Positions 20,201 through 29,623 of a stretch of 64,000 nucleotides of DNA are shown in pieces (position 1 is the first letter of the stretch; each line of letters opens with the position of its first letter). The stretch comes from an uncultured delta proteobacterium (lineage in GTDB: Bacteria; Myxococcota_A; Polyangia; Polyangiales; Polyangiaceae). The stretch lies in assembly GCA_963850305.1 (NCBI GenBank), contig CAWKKR010000008.1:1696001-1760000 (forward strand). Reading direction: 5' to 3'. The position numbers and the translations under genes were made by a program. The notes beneath the pieces are model-generated. The model searched no databases. It saw nothing but the letters and a program-made list of their open reading frames with translations, and was not told the DNA's origin.

Positions 20201-23200
20201 TTCGAGCCCGATGCCGCCGATGCCGCCGGTGACGAGATAGACGCCGCGCCGCCGAACGATCGGAGGCGCGTTCGTCGACTCTTCGAGCCGGACGCGGTCG
20301 TAGCTTCGGGTCCATCGCTCCGAGCCGCGGCGTATCACGACGCGATCATCCGTCATGGTGGCGGCTTCGCCGATGATCACGCGAGCGGCGGCGCGACGGG
20401 CGGCTTGCCCGTGGCCGAAATGGATGTCCACGTGTCGCGTCCGGACGTGCGGCATCTCGCGCGGAATGACCCGGACCGGGCCGGTGAGGACTGCACGTCC
20501 GGGCTCGCGAATCGGTTCATTGCCGAGCGACAGGAGGTCGTTCGACACGACGGTCAATGACGTCGGATTTTCGCGTTCGTCCAAGATCTTCGCCAGGAAG
20601 AGGAGGCTGTCGAAACAGAGTTCGCGCACGTCGTCGAACCGGGACAGCTCCGCCCAAGCGTCCCGCTTTTCGGCGAAACGAGGCGGCTTCGTGACTCCCC
20701 ATAGATGGATGACGTGGGTAGGGACGCGATTCGATTGTTCGAGCGCGTCGAGCAGGGACACGTAATCCGCAGCGTGACCCGGGCGCACGGTGTAACGGTC
20801 TGGCGCGTTCTTCGCGTACGTCCACCCCGGTGAAACCAGGGCGAGCGTTCGTCCCTCGAGAGCCTTCGCGAGCGCTCCGCCGAGACCCACGTCGTCCGTG
20901 AACACGAGCCACGGACCGTCCGGGATCATCTCCTCGGCAAGGACGGATCGCGTCCACGACGGCAGGTAGAACCAATCTGCGATGTCGGGCTTCTTGCGCC
21001 GAGCTCTCGATAGATCGCTCGGGTCCGTCGAGGCGACGGGATTGCCTCGTTCGATCCAGTAGCGCTGGCGTTCGAAGGGATAGGTGGGTAGCGCGACTCT
21101 GTGACGTCGCTCTCGCTCGTAGAATCTCGTAAAGTTCGGGATCGTTCCGTGCGCCCACAATTTGCCGAGCGTGTGGAGAAGAAACGAGTCGTCGGGAATC
21201 GCCTCGTCCGGGTGGCGGAGCGTCGGCATGACGACGGCGCGCTGTCCCGCCTGTAAGCGCGCGAGGCTCGAGAGGGTCCGGCCCGGACCGACCTCGAGTA
21301 AAATGCGTTCACCGCCCCGCATTACTTCCGCGATGCCGTCGCCGAATCGGACGGTGTGTCTCAGATGGCGCAGCCAGTAGAGAGGATCGGTTGCCTCGTC
21401 AGGCCGGATCCAGCGGCCCGTCAGGTTGGACATGAACGGTGTCCTGGGCGACGACAGCGACGTCTTTCGCAGGAATCGTTCGAATTCACCGAGAAACGGA
21501 TCGAGCATCGCCGAGTGGGCCGCCACGGCGATGCGAACTCTGCTGCATTCGAGTTCGCGCGCCCTCAGCGTCTCTTCGAGGGCGCCGATCGCTCCGGAGG
21601 GACCCGACACGACGCACAGTTCGGGCGCATTGACTGCCGCGATCGACAACGTCGCATCGAGCAGCGGCGATATCTGAGACTCGGACAGCGGAACGACGAG
21701 CATCGCACCCGGCGCGAGCGACTCGAAGAGACGTCCGCGAAGCTCGAGCAACGCGAGGGCGTCGTTCAGCGACAGTACTTGCGCCAGGCAAGCCGCGACG
21801 TACTCGCCCATGCTGTGGCCGATCATCGCGGCGGGCTCGACTCCCCACGACTCGAGGAGCTTCGCCATCGAGTAACTAGTCGCGAAAACGGAGCAGAGAG
21901 ACAGCGTCGGTCGCTCCAGCTCCGTGCTCGCCGCGTCGCGATCGAGAGGGTCATCGAGCACCAGGCGTCGGAGGGTGGCGGCTACCGCCGGACCGAGGGC
22001 TGCCAAACATTCGTCGAACGCCGTCCGGTACGCCGGTTCGGTCCAATACAGATGGGTGCCGACGCCCGGGTACTGTGCGCCGCCGCCGGGGAACATGAAC
22101 ACGACGGAGGGGGTCGTTCGACGCGAGGCGTACGTGTACGCGCGCTTGGGATCCGGTGTTTCGAGAGCCGCGATGGCGTCCGCGCAGTCCGACGCCACGA
22201 AGGCCCTTCGATGCGCAAATTGCTTTCGCCCGACGTTCAGCGTGAACGCCACGTCGGCCAGCACCGCGTACGGGTTTCGTCTGAGGTGATCGGCGAGCCG
22301 CGCCGCGGCCCGATCGAGTGCCGCTTCACTCCGGGCACTGAGAGTGACGAGCTGGCACGCGCGCGAGCCCCCCGAGGGTTCGAGCGAGGGCGCCTCCTCG
22401 AGCACCACGTGTGCGTTCGTGCCTCCTGCGCCCAGCGACGTCATCCCCGCGCGCCGCGGCCCCTTCGCTTCCCAGGGAACGAGCCGCGTGTTCACGTAGA
22501 CCGGGGACGACGCGAAGTCGATTTCGGGATTTGGTTTCTCGTAATTGATGGAAGGCGGGATCTGGCGATGTTCGAAGGCCAGCAGCGTCTTCAGGAGCCC
22601 CGCCATGCCAGCCGCTTCGCCCAGGTGACCGATGTTCGCTTTGACGGAGCCGATCGCGCAAAATTGCCGCCGCCTCGTTTGCTTGGAGAACGCGTTGGTG
22701 AGCGCGGCGATCTCGATCGGATCTCCCATCGCGGTGCCCGTACCGTGACTCTCGATGTAAGTGATCGTCTCGGCATCGATCCCGGAAAGTGAGAGCGCAT
22801 CCGTGATGACGGCTGCCTGACCCTGCACGCTCGGAGCGAGGTATCCAACCTTCAACGAGCCGTCGTTGTTGACGGCGGAGCCGCGGACCAATCCCAGTAC
22901 GCGATCGCCGTCGCGGAGCGCGTCCTCGAGGCGTTTCAACACCACGCACCCGGTGCCGCTACCGAATAGGGTCCCCGATGACGCAGCGTCGAATGGCCTG
23001 CAATGCCCGTCGCGCGAGAGGATCTCGCCCGGCTTGAACAGATAGCCGCGGTCCTGCGGCAAGACCAGGGTCGACGCACCCGCGAGCGCCATGTCGCATT
23101 CTCCGCTCTGCAAACTCTGACAAGCGAGATGGACGGCTGTGAGCGAGGAGGAACAGGCCGTCTGCACGTTCATGCTCGGCCCTCTCAGGTTCATCTGGTA

Positions 23201-23707
23201 AGAGACGCGCGTGGCCAAAAAATTCATGTCGTTGCCCGTGTGGCGGGCAAGCCACTCGCCCACCGTGTTCATCACCTCCGCGTTCCTGACGAGGTGATGC
23301 ATCATGTACGTATTCATGCCGCACGCCGCGAACACGCCCACGGGCCCCGCCGTCCTTTCGGGATCGTAGCCTGCGTCCTCCATCGCTTCCCACGCGGTCT
23401 CGAGGAAAAGACGATGTTGTGGATCCATCATCGCCGCGTCGCGAGGACTCATGCCGAAGAATCCCGCGTCGAACAGTTCGATGTCATCGAGAACGGGGCA
23501 TGCTCTGACGTAGCTCGGATCGCCGAGCATCTCCGGGGTCTCTCCCGCGGCGGCGAGTTCCTCGTCGGTGAACGTCCGCACCGACTCTCGCCCGTTGCTC
23601 AAGTTGTTCCAGAATTCACGCAGCCCGGGCGCGCCAGGAAATCGTCCGGCAGCACCGATGATCGCCACCGTGGAGACGTCGAAGTCGCGGTCGTTGCCCT
23701 CTCCCAT
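17258..23707 (-). CDS. Single-module type I polyketide synthase, KS-AT-KR-DH-ACP-TE
   Basis: KS QTACSSS, HGTGT, NIGHL; AT GHSMG, VAAHS; KR TGGIGGIG, AGVIDD, YTAAN; DH HVIHGGEALIP, HPALLD; carrier DDFFELGGQSL; TE GYSGG, GDH; GAGGA RBS before ATG 23707. Confidence 0.93.
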   Translation of the reverse strand: MGEGNDRDFDVSTVAIIGAAGRFPGAPGLREFWNNLSNGRESVRTFTDEELAAAGETPEMLGDPSYVRACPVLDDIELFDAGFFGMSPRDAAMMDPQHRLFLETAWEAMEDAGYDPERTAGPVGVFAACGMNTYMMHHLVRNAEVMNTVGEWLARHTGNDMNFLATRVSYQMNLRGPSMNVQTACSSSLTAVHLACQSLQSGECDMALAGASTLVLPQDRGYLFKPGEILSRDGHCRPFDAASSGTLFGSGTGCVVLKRLEDALRDGDRVLGLVRGSAVNNDGSLKVGYLAPSVQGQAAVITDALSLSGIDAETITYIESHGTGTAMGDPIEIAALTNAFSKQTRRRQFCAIGSVKANIGHLGEAAGMAGLLKTLLAFEHRQIPPSINYEKPNPEIDFASSPVYVNTRLVPWEAKGPRRAGMTSLGAGGTNAHVVLEEAPSLEPSGGSRACQLVTLSARSEAALDRAAARLADHLRRNPYAVLADVAFTLNVGRKQFAHRRAFVASDCADAIAALETPDPKRAYTYASRRTTPSVVFMFPGGGAQYPGVGTHLYWTEPAYRTAFDECLAALGPAVAATLRRLVLDDPLDRDAASTELERPTLSLCSVFATSYSMAKLLESWGVEPAAMIGHSMGEYVAACLAQVLSLNDALALLELRGRLFESLAPGAMLVVPLSESQISPLLDATLSIAAVNAPELCVVSGPSGAIGALEETLRARELECSRVRIAVAAHSAMLDPFLGEFERFLRKTSLSSPRTPFMSNLTGRWIRPDEATDPLYWLRHLRHTVRFGDGIAEVMRGGERILLEVGPGRTLSSLARLQAGQRAVVMPTLRHPDEAIPDDSFLLHTLGKLWAHGTIPNFTRFYERERRHRVALPTYPFERQRYWIERGNPVASTDPSDLSRARRKKPDIADWFYLPSWTRSVLAEEMIPDGPWLVFTDDVGLGGALAKALEGRTLALVSPGWTYAKNAPDRYTVRPGHAADYVSLLDALEQSNRVPTHVIHLWGVTKPPRFAEKRDAWAELSRFDDVRELCFDSLLFLAKILDERENPTSLTVVSNDLLSLGNEPIREPGRAVLTGPVRVIPREMPHVRTRHVDIHFGHGQAARRAAARVIIGEAATMTDDRVVIRRGSERWTRSYDRVRLEESTNAPPIVRRRGVYLVTGGIGGIGLEIAEHFARVAEVRLVLVGRSPLPPESEWGAWLASHGDGDRTSHRIRKLEAIRALGSEVLTLAADVADRTQMEGVLRAARARFGEIHGLIHAAGVIDDGLIALKTKEAAAAVIGPKVKGALILGGLLTPQTLDFFMVFSSVSSILGLEGQVDYTAANAFLDAFAEDLADRGTRALAINWNAWREIGMAVTLADRTPPQSVVQKSQRWSEHPMLSRVESDSPVETVLSTAFSRRTHWLLAEHVIHGGEALIPGTAYLEMARAALELRPESRAVELRDVFFLAPFSVRLGETRELRLRLRRTSPSAAEFWFTSEAPDALHVTGRIAYVDAAMLPRENIGEVLARCTISRQAIDGFLDQPFVDFGPRWGNVRTRAIGHREALLGLELPAACREDLKQLRLHPALLDMATGAAQTIVPGFDQERDFYVPFSYGRVILLRSLPEKLSSHVRFKKGTQDFITFDVVIYDEHGGGVAHVTDFVMKRVDLAAAMRAETARAEPPTSKVTRVGTAISQGILPHEGIDALGRILRSKVKRQIVVSSIDLDDWLATTDAESQAHVVPREGATKSATTYERPNLSTNYVAPRDDVERELAVIWRDLLGVKEVGVHDDFFELGGQSLIAVRLFNKIRKKYGTDLPISTLFDAPTIAQTAVIVREEGGLAPLRAESTPAGPLRETHADGAEPESSAVRARNANGGAAQNSRWTSLVTMQGEGDGRPFFCVAGMGGTLNNLRKLSVLMGKTRRIYGLQPPGAAGDGGRLYEVEALAAHYVGEIRRVQPSGPYFVGGYSGGGVAAYEMARQLEREGEKVAFLGFLDSFSPALPIRPLVERVRIHARRARLQGASYVVGTFGRRLASETQALRLKLSRQLEKMFSERYRYDALKDSWVIAERRYRPEPWSGRATLFRAQAEVALSLWTAVEVSEAHGWERYLQGGVDVVICPGDHESMCEEPHVRVLAQRLAEALDRADAALRAQPGATDAPRSSALAP

Positions 23708-23908
23708 GAACGTCCTCAATGACACCACGCGGATCGGGTCGGTTCAACCGACCGGCTCCCGCGTCAGCGGTGTCGACCGCGCGTCACGATATGACGTCTC
23801 ACACGGCGAGCGCGTAAAGCTTGCGTCTCGGTTACTTCACCCGTTCCGAAGGTTCGCTCCCGGTCAGGTGATGGGGCCCGTCCCACTGGACCGCCCGCTT
23901 TGGCGTCT

Positions 23909-24997
23909 TCACCGTGAGTGCCGCTCGAGGTCCGCGACGACGCAGAGATGGTCGGAAGCGCCTGGGCACCCGACGGAGAACCCGGAGAAGCGCAGTTCGC
24001 GGGTGGCGAAGATCCTATCGATGCGCATCCAGGGGTGTCGTGCGGGAAACGTGTATCCAAATCCGAAGCCGGCCATCGAAAAGCCATCCTGGTATCGCCC
24101 GAGGTACCGCCGGACCAGAGGACTGACCGTGGGTAAATTCGTGTCGCCCGCGATGACTACCGGCTCCGTCTCCCGGTCTGCGTCGGCCGCGAAGGCCCGG
24201 ACTTGTTGCTCGCGCAGCCCCGAGCTTTCGCGCAACGCCTCGGCGTTGGCGGCGGCGAAGAACCTGCCCGACAGGATTTCCCTCCGCAGACCGTGACCGC
24301 GGAGCGCGTAGAAGCCGCCGCGGGGCGAAAGCGGATGAACGACGTAGAGTACGATGCGCCCAAGCGGAGTCCGCAAAACGTGCCGGAGGTAGCGCGGCGA
24401 ATGACTCCGCCCATAAAACGGAATGCGCGGAGGAGTCTGCGTTTCCGCGATCGGAAACCGCGACGCAATGACGAACTGATTGGACGCCTCCACGACGGGA
24501 TAGTGGGTCCGGAGCAGAGCGACGAGCGTTGATGAATTGGCGAGGACCTCCTGAAACACAGCGACGTCCGGATGGAATTTCAGCACTTGACCAACGACTT
24601 TGTCGAACCCCTCTCGACCAGAGTCCACGTTGAAACTCAAGAGCCGGAACTTCGGTGCGTCCCTTGATGGGAACATGGGCCACGGGACGGAGAAGCCCAT
24701 CATGGGAAAAAGTACGAGCCACGCGGCGGCAAGCTGCGTGTAGAGCAAACGCCTGAAACCGAACGCGAAGAGGGTGAGCGCAAAGAAAGGGATCGGCGCG
24801 AGGAAGATGCCGAATGGAAGGTAAAGTGCGGTGGCCGTTGCCCACCAGTGTTCTCCCACGGTGCGAATCCAGACCGTCAGGACGCCGACACCGACGAGAT
24901 ACGCGGTCGCGGCGGCGGCGACGGCTCGGCCGAACCACGTGGCTATGGCCCCGCGGGCCGTTCTCGTTCCGCGCGCTCCCGAGCCGTTCGTACCCAT
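23909..24997 (-). CDS. Membrane-anchored endonuclease/exonuclease/phosphatase (EEP) family protein
   Basis: Three N-terminal hydrophobic segments; LLSFNV, VFQE, VH, AGDTN, RIDRIF, SDH motifs. Confidence 0.85.
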   Translation of the reverse strand: MGTNGSGARGTRTARGAIATWFGRAVAAAATAYLVGVGVLTVWIRTVGEHWWATATALYLPFGIFLAPIPFFALTLFAFGFRRLLYTQLAAAWLVLFPMMGFSVPWPMFPSRDAPKFRLLSFNVDSGREGFDKVVGQVLKFHPDVAVFQEVLANSSTLVALLRTHYPVVEASNQFVIASRFPIAETQTPPRIPFYGRSHSPRYLRHVLRTPLGRIVLYVVHPLSPRGGFYALRGHGLRREILSGRFFAAANAEALRESSGLREQQVRAFAADADRETEPVVIAGDTNLPTVSPLVRRYLGRYQDGFSMAGFGFGYTFPARHPWMRIDRIFATRELRFSGFSVGCPGASDHLCVVADLERHSR

Positions 24998-26160
24998 TCG
25001 GCGTCCGAGCGTGCCGGCCGTCCGGCAAGCGTCGCCTTCCATACGATGTACGCTGGTGCCAGCGCAAGGTCGACCAAGCCGCGAGCGCCGGTCCCTGAAA
25101 CCGCCCATCCGCGAAGAACGTAGGCGATGACGGAGAAGACGCTCGTGCCATATACGGCCCGGCTCAATGGCAGACGGACTCCCAGCAGATTCGCAGCGGC
25201 AACGACAGAAAGTCCGACGGACGCGAGCACCGCGACACGGGACAGAGGCGGCACCAGCACATCCAGCGCGAGGTCGAAGCAAAGCTTGTCGCCCGAGAGG
25301 GCCTTTCGGAGAAGTCTCGCCGCATACTTCCTCGTGAGCGCGGCCCGGCCGCCCTCCCACCTCTCGCGCTGCGATCGCGCCGCCCTCGCGTTCGAGACCA
25401 TCTCTCCGTAGACGTGTGCTTCGTCGGCGTAGAAGACACGGAATCCGGCCTCGGCGAGTCGAATTCCGTACTCGACATCCTCGACCACCGAGAAGGCCTC
25501 GTGCGGAACTTGGCGTAGCACCGACGCGCTGAAGCACATGCCGTTTCCCCGCAACCCCGCGGAAACGCCCATACGCTCACGGCCTCGCGATCGGACGATG
25601 TGGAACGCGCCGAAAGCGATGGCGATGAGCCGCGTCCGCCAACCCGCGTTCGGGTTTCTGACCGCGTAATCCGCTTGCACGGCATGGGCGCCCGCGAGCA
25701 AGCGGGCTTCGAACGCCCTGAGTAGGTTCGGCGAAACGAGGGTGTCCGCGTCGATCACCGCCACGGCATCGACGTTTTCCGGAAGTCGCTCGAACGCGTG
25801 GTGGAGCGCGTAGCCTTTACCGCGCTCCGTCTCGCTTCGCCGCTCGAGCACGACGGCACCCGCGCGCCGCGCCTGGTCTGCCGTGTCGTCCGAGCAATTG
25901 TCCGCGATCACCAGCACGTCGAACAACTCGCGCGGATAGTCGATCGCGAGGAGACTCTCGACGGTCGCACCGATACCGGCCGATTCGTCGTGGGCAGGAA
26001 CGCAAATCCGGAACCGCGTCTTGGGCGCGCGAATCCCGGGGACTGGTAGCCGCTCCGGCTCGGGTCTCGACGAAAGCGCCGTGAGAAGCAACAAGTAGCC
26101 CGCCCACATGAGCACGGGCGTCCCGAAGAGGGCGAAGATGAGGTCCCAAACGAGGGTCAC
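24943..26160 (-). CDS. Membrane-bound glycosyltransferase family 2 (resembles myxobacterial EpsU-type)
   Basis: CVPAHDE, IADNCSDDT, GKGYAL, IDADT, VEDVE, SQRERW (QxxRW) plus TM helices. Confidence 0.9.
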   Translation of the reverse strand: MTLVWDLIFALFGTPVLMWAGYLLLLTALSSRPEPERLPVPGIRAPKTRFRICVPAHDESAGIGATVESLLAIDYPRELFDVLVIADNCSDDTADQARRAGAVVLERRSETERGKGYALHHAFERLPENVDAVAVIDADTLVSPNLLRAFEARLLAGAHAVQADYAVRNPNAGWRTRLIAIAFGAFHIVRSRGRERMGVSAGLRGNGMCFSASVLRQVPHEAFSVVEDVEYGIRLAEAGFRVFYADEAHVYGEMVSNARAARSQRERWEGGRAALTRKYAARLLRKALSGDKLCFDLALDVLVPPLSRVAVLASVGLSVVAAANLLGVRLPLSRAVYGTSVFSVIAYVLRGWAVSGTGARGLVDLALAPAYIVWKATLAGRPARSDAEWVRTARERAERERPAGP

Positions 26161-27716
26161 GCCGCTTGCTCCGCGCGGGGCATCGACGCCGTAGGACGCG
26201 CTTCACGCGACTTCTTCTTGCCCCATTGCCCCGTGTAGACGGCAAGCTTCCCGGCAACCGCAATGGACGGAGCGACCATGTAAACACCGGTCCAGGAACC
26301 GAGGCCCATGTCGCCCCAGCACTGGATCATGTAGATCACGACCGCGCCGAAGCTGACGATCGCGGCGGCGCGATGAGCGGGCTTCGTCGCCCCGTGATAG
26401 GCGCGAATGCCGAAATACACGCCGACGGTCCAGAGGAGCGTCATGGCCGTGTACCCGAAGTATCCGCAATAGCACCACAGGCCGAGGATGCTGTTATGGG
26501 GAACGAAGCGTTCGAGCGGGTAATCGATCACCGGAAGTTGAACGACCTCGTGATAGCCGTGTCCGTACCCGGTTCCGAAGATCGGATTCTCGCGGACCGT
26601 TGCGATGAGGTCGTAGTTCTCCATCTCGCGCCACATCGTCGAGGCGTCGGCCTGCGCGTCCACGACGGATCGGATGGTCTCGACAGGCTTGAAGAACGAC
26701 GATTTGGAGTTCCATCCTGCGAGACAGTAGGCGACGAGGATCGGGCTCAATGCGTAGATGGTGCGTCGAAGCTTTCTCTTAACCGGATTGTCGGGTGTCA
26801 CGAAGTAAACAGTCAGAAACACAACTGCAACCTGAACCCAGGCCATCCGACGGTTGTTCGAGACGATGCCGAGGGCGAGGACCGGGATGAGCAGGAGAGC
26901 AAGCCTCCGCGTCGAGCGCCCCACACGCTCCATCACGGTCGCGAGCAGCAAGACGAACGCGCATGCGAAGAGCATCGAGTCGTGATGAGTCGTGGCGTAG
27001 GGGAGGCGAGTGCTGCCGGTGTCCGGATCCATCGGGCCGACCACGGTATTGATGACGTAGGTTGCGAGGAGAGCCTTGTACGTCGCTGCGACCAGCACGA
27101 CGCGTGCTAGCGCCGCGTGGTCCCTTGGTCCGCGAAGCCCGAGTTGGAACAGGAGAAATACGATCGGCAGATACATGACGCGGTTCATCTGCCAGAGGGA
27201 CATGCTGAAATCCCCGCCTCGCGCCATGCCACTCACGAACACGTACGCCGTCCCGCCGAGCGACAGGTACGCGAGCGTGATGAGCGGCTTTGGGGTCGAG
27301 ACCCGCCCCAGCCGATCGATGTTCGACGCGGTCAGTCGCCTCGAAAGTGCGATGAACCCGAGCGAGAGGAGACAGATGTCCATGCCCGAGAACGACATCC
27401 ACGACGTCGCGCCGATGCTGCGATCGACGGCGTTCAGATGTGTGAGCATGATCGCGCCAACCGTGAAGAACGGAGTCCTGAACACGTTGTAACCCGGGGC
27501 TTCCGCCGGATTTTCGAGCGTGAACGCCAGAAACATCAGTGCCATCATCGAAGTTCGAAGCGGCACGCGGCTCATCGCGTAGATACCGAGGACGAAGACG
27601 AGCGGTGTGAGCACGAGCCCCAGCGTCGTGTCACCGATTGCCAAACCGCCGAGGGTGAGGAGCAGGCCGAGAGTCAGGGCAACCTTGACATCTCCGCCAA
27701 TCTTCGCGTCGGCCAT
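26157..27716 (-). CDS. wzy: Wzy-type polymerase / O-antigen ligase-like membrane protein
   Basis: Polytopic; NNRRMAW, WREMENYDL, PIFGTGYG, PHNSILGLW. Confidence 0.82.
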   Translation of the reverse strand: MADAKIGGDVKVALTLGLLLTLGGLAIGDTTLGLVLTPLVFVLGIYAMSRVPLRTSMMALMFLAFTLENPAEAPGYNVFRTPFFTVGAIMLTHLNAVDRSIGATSWMSFSGMDICLLSLGFIALSRRLTASNIDRLGRVSTPKPLITLAYLSLGGTAYVFVSGMARGGDFSMSLWQMNRVMYLPIVFLLFQLGLRGPRDHAALARVVLVAATYKALLATYVINTVVGPMDPDTGSTRLPYATTHHDSMLFACAFVLLLATVMERVGRSTRRLALLLIPVLALGIVSNNRRMAWVQVAVVFLTVYFVTPDNPVKRKLRRTIYALSPILVAYCLAGWNSKSSFFKPVETIRSVVDAQADASTMWREMENYDLIATVRENPIFGTGYGHGYHEVVQLPVIDYPLERFVPHNSILGLWCYCGYFGYTAMTLLWTVGVYFGIRAYHGATKPAHRAAAIVSFGAVVIYMIQCWGDMGLGSWTGVYMVAPSIAVAGKLAVYTGQWGKKKSREARPTASMPRAEQAA

Positions 27717-27726
27717 CGACGGCGTC

Positions 27727-29250
27727 TCAATCCGAGGAGCGCGGCGGGAACCGTAGCTCTCCGAGCACGGGAAGCGAAATCTGTTCGACCTGCCAGCGCG
27801 CCACGATTTTATTTCGGAGGAGTTCCGCTGCGATCGCCGAGAGGAGCGAGAAGAATACGGCCGCGAAGATCCCGGCGCCGACGAGAAGCCGAATCTTCGG
27901 CTTGACGGCCTTCAGGGGAACCTGCGGCGGAACGACGATCTTGTACCGGTGGTTGAACGCCGCCTGAGCGGTATCGAGATCGATCCGAGCGGAGCTGATC
28001 TGTCCGCGAAGCGTCGTGTACTTCTCGACTGCGTACCGTAGCTGCGCGGCCACCGCCGGATCGGGTGCGTCCGCATCTTCTGCCATGAGATTCATGATCT
28101 CTTCCGGCAACGGTCCCGCGCCTGCGGATGCCGCGCTGTTTGCCGGCGAAGTCATCGCGATCGTCCCGCCCCCTGCCTCCGGGGTACCGGTCGTGGAGTC
28201 CGAGCGGCTCTTGATCTGCGCTTCGAGGTCCTTGACGTCGGCCCGCAGAGTCGTCACCTGCGGTGACGGCTGGCTGACCGCGAGGAGCGCCTGCTGGGCA
28301 TCGACGACCGCGGGATGCGCCGGGGTGTACTTCGCTCGCAGATCGACTAGCTTCGCCTGGAGGTCGAGCAGCCGGCGGTTTCTGTAATCTTCGAGTTCGG
28401 CTATCGTTCGCTGCTTGGTTTCGAGCGTGGCCTTCAGCGTTGCCAGCTCGTCTTCGTCCGCTTGAGAAGGCGGGCGCGGTGCGGACGGTCGCCGCACCGT
28501 CGTGGTGGTGACGGCCGCGCCGGGCGCGCTTTCCGCTGGTATCTTGGCCTTTCCGCGTGCCGCCGCGATCTTGGCTTCCCGCATCCTCTTCAGCTGTCCC
28601 GCGATGTCCTCGACCTCGCCCCGCAGCGTCGTCGCGTGCCCCTCGAGGATGGAAATGTACTCGGCGAGAGTGGAGATCTCGGCAACGTGCCGTGCTTCGA
28701 GGAAATTCTCCTCCGCCACCTCGAGGATCCTCGCCGAGGTCTCGGCGTCGGGCCAGTCCACCATGAACGTCAACGTCGAATCCGTTGCCGCGACCGAGAG
28801 ATGGTCTCCGAGTGTGAAGAGAAGGGCGCTCTCGCGATCCTTCTCGCTGAGCGGTCCGCGGATCTTGTCCATCACCGCGTCCTTGAGCTTCAGGATGAAC
28901 GGTCTCTTCGCCTCCCACGCGTGCACCAGATCTGCCTGCTTCACGATCGCTTCCAGATTGTCCTGGCGCATGACGAGATCGTAGGCATTCCTGAGCGGGT
29001 AATTGTTCCCGTCGCCGCGCAGGGCGAAGACCTCGTTGGTCTGTGCCATCAGGCGCGATTCGCAATAGTAAGTCCGTGGCCAGAGGGTGACGAGCGCGAC
29101 GGTGACTCCGATGATCCCCAGGAAGACCCCTCCGACGAGGAATGGGCGACGAAGGACGGCTCGCACCCCGAAAGCGAGGTAGCTCTTCAGGACGTCGCGC
29201 GATACCCCGCCGGAGGTCTCTTCCCCGTCCTCCTCCTCATCGTCTTTCAT
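27727..29250 (-). CDS. GumC/Wzc-like polysaccharide co-polymerase lacking a kinase domain
   Basis: N- and C-terminal TM helices, coiled-coil periplasmic region, YTPAHPAV motif, PPQVP..VKPK before TM2. Confidence 0.82.
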   Translation of the reverse strand: MKDDEEEDGEETSGGVSRDVLKSYLAFGVRAVLRRPFLVGGVFLGIIGVTVALVTLWPRTYYCESRLMAQTNEVFALRGDGNNYPLRNAYDLVMRQDNLEAIVKQADLVHAWEAKRPFILKLKDAVMDKIRGPLSEKDRESALLFTLGDHLSVAATDSTLTFMVDWPDAETSARILEVAEENFLEARHVAEISTLAEYISILEGHATTLRGEVEDIAGQLKRMREAKIAAARGKAKIPAESAPGAAVTTTTVRRPSAPRPPSQADEDELATLKATLETKQRTIAELEDYRNRRLLDLQAKLVDLRAKYTPAHPAVVDAQQALLAVSQPSPQVTTLRADVKDLEAQIKSRSDSTTGTPEAGGGTIAMTSPANSAASAGAGPLPEEIMNLMAEDADAPDPAVAAQLRYAVEKYTTLRGQISSARIDLDTAQAAFNHRYKIVVPPQVPLKAVKPKIRLLVGAGIFAAVFFSLLSAIAAELLRNKIVARWQVEQISLPVLGELRFPPRSSD

Positions 29251-29278
29251 TTCGCGTTACCTACCCGCGCTACCGTTC

Positions 29279-29446
29279 TCAAAGCCGACCGTAAATGAAC
29301 AGCAATCCGAACAGGTAGAGCGCGTTGAAGACGGCGATCTGAACGACGACCTTTCGCAAACCCCGTTTCGGGCTCTTCTGGCGGGCCGCCCGAGCCGGAA
29401 GGGCCACGGTCGCGATCATGATGGAGAGCAGGACAAGCTTCGACAT
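29279..29446 (-). CDS. Small 55-aa basic membrane protein upstream of the co-polymerase
   Basis: MSKLVLLSIMIATVALPARAARQKSPKRGLRKVVVQIAVFNALYLFGLLFIYGRL; GGAG RBS; co-directional, 28 bp before next gene. Confidence 0.65.
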   Translation of the reverse strand: MSKLVLLSIMIATVALPARAARQKSPKRGLRKVVVQIAVFNALYLFGLLFIYGRL

Positions 29447-29623
29447 GGGTGAAACTCCGGCTGAACCGGCGTTCTCCTCGGAAACGATTCCCCATCCTGA
29501 CAATTAGGCCGCACCGGCGCAAGAACGTCCGTCGGCGGGGGCCGGTTCCCGTTGCCCGGCCAGCTCTCGGGGGCGAGAATTGCCAGGGAACTGCCGACCG
29601 ATGATAAGAAGCCCCGAGCCCAC

